Origin: Lama guanicoe
Lineage: Eukaryota
Length of the DNA stretch: 64,000 nt
Direction of reading: 5' to 3'
NCBI GenBank assembly: GCA_013239625.1
Contig: MU054338.1
Span: forward strand, 5,930,724-5,994,723
The notes under the pieces were generated by a model, which saw nothing but the letters and a program-made list of their open reading frames with translations, was not told the DNA's origin and made no database searches. This document shows positions 63,331 through 64,000 of this stretch, in pieces. Made by a program: the position numbers and the translations under genes. Each line of letters opens with the position of its first letter. Position 1 is the first letter of the stretch.

Positions 63331-63714
63331 AAAAGCAAAAACCTGAGACTGGCATCTATTTTTTTGCTCCAAACTCATCTGTACTGTTTGACATTTAATT
63401 TATTTTTGAATCTTTTTTTTCACAAGGACATAGGACACAAATACAGAAAGGGTCATAGAACATGTAAACCGGAAGTAATGAATCACAGCAAAGCAGACAA
63501 CTTTGCCATGGGATGCGTGTTTTGTGATTTAACATAAATAATATAGTACCAGAGGGTGATTTTTTATGACTTGCTGGGGAGGCAGTGCGGTGTGTTTCTT
63601 AAGAACATGGAAATCCCTTTTCTGCAGTTGACTCACTGGGGGCCCCAGCATTGTTGTGAGAGTAAGTGGAATAATACATACCCATTTTACAGATGAAGAA
63701 ACTGAGGCACAAAG

Positions 63715-63870
63715 ATTATACCTCAGCAGTAGAGTGCATGCTGGGCGTGCATGAGGTCCTGGTTTCAATCCCCAGTACCTCCATTAAATAAATAAATAAA
63801 CAAACAAACAAACAAACAAACAAATAAACCTAAGTACCCCCCCAAAAAAACCAAAAAAATACTATTAAAA
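63715..63870 (+). mobile_element. tRNA-Ala-derived SINE with expanded (CAAA)n tail
   Basis: Head and tail match the family; inserted in a MIR-like element. Confidence 0.8.
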
Positions 63871-64000
63871 AGAAAAGCCTCACAGAGTCAGAAAGTGGTG
63901 GGAGCTAGAATCTGACCCCCAGGGCTTCAGTATTAACCACCACATAGAAGTTTTGTTGTCCATCCATCCTGCCCCCCATTCCTGAATATGCAAAATCTTT

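Overview
Mammalian genomic DNA, gene-dense and GC-rich, syntenic with the human chr19p13.2 block. It is most likely a camelid, given about 13 copies of a tRNA-Ala(AGC)-headed SINE. Reading exon by exon gives, left to right: EPOR (+, 8 exons, 509 aa), SWSAP1 (-, 248 aa), PLPPR2 (-, 452- and 343-aa dual-frame isoforms), CCDC159 (-, 296 aa), TMEM205 (+, 189 aa), RAB3D (+) and TSPAN16 (-). Main anomalies: (1) RAB3D has lost its stop codon. TGG follows the CSC prenylation motif and adds a 20-aa proline-rich tail. (2) TSPAN16 is a unitary pseudogene with frameshifts or stops in three exons. (3) An inverted pair of REST/RE1 sites lies between PLPPR2 and SWSAP1. (4) EPOR intron 7 is in-frame and stop-free, so retention would not give a truncated receptor, and the Y429/Y431 inhibitory motif reads LKYLYFMV. 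(5) A TSD-flanked L1 has its 5' UTR joined directly to its 3' end, possibly a spliced retrocopy. The rest is SINE, LINE, LTR and DNA-transposon debris. No prokaryotic systems, CRISPR arrays, rRNA or true tRNA genes were seen. All comparisons with human sequence are from memory and need checking by alignment.
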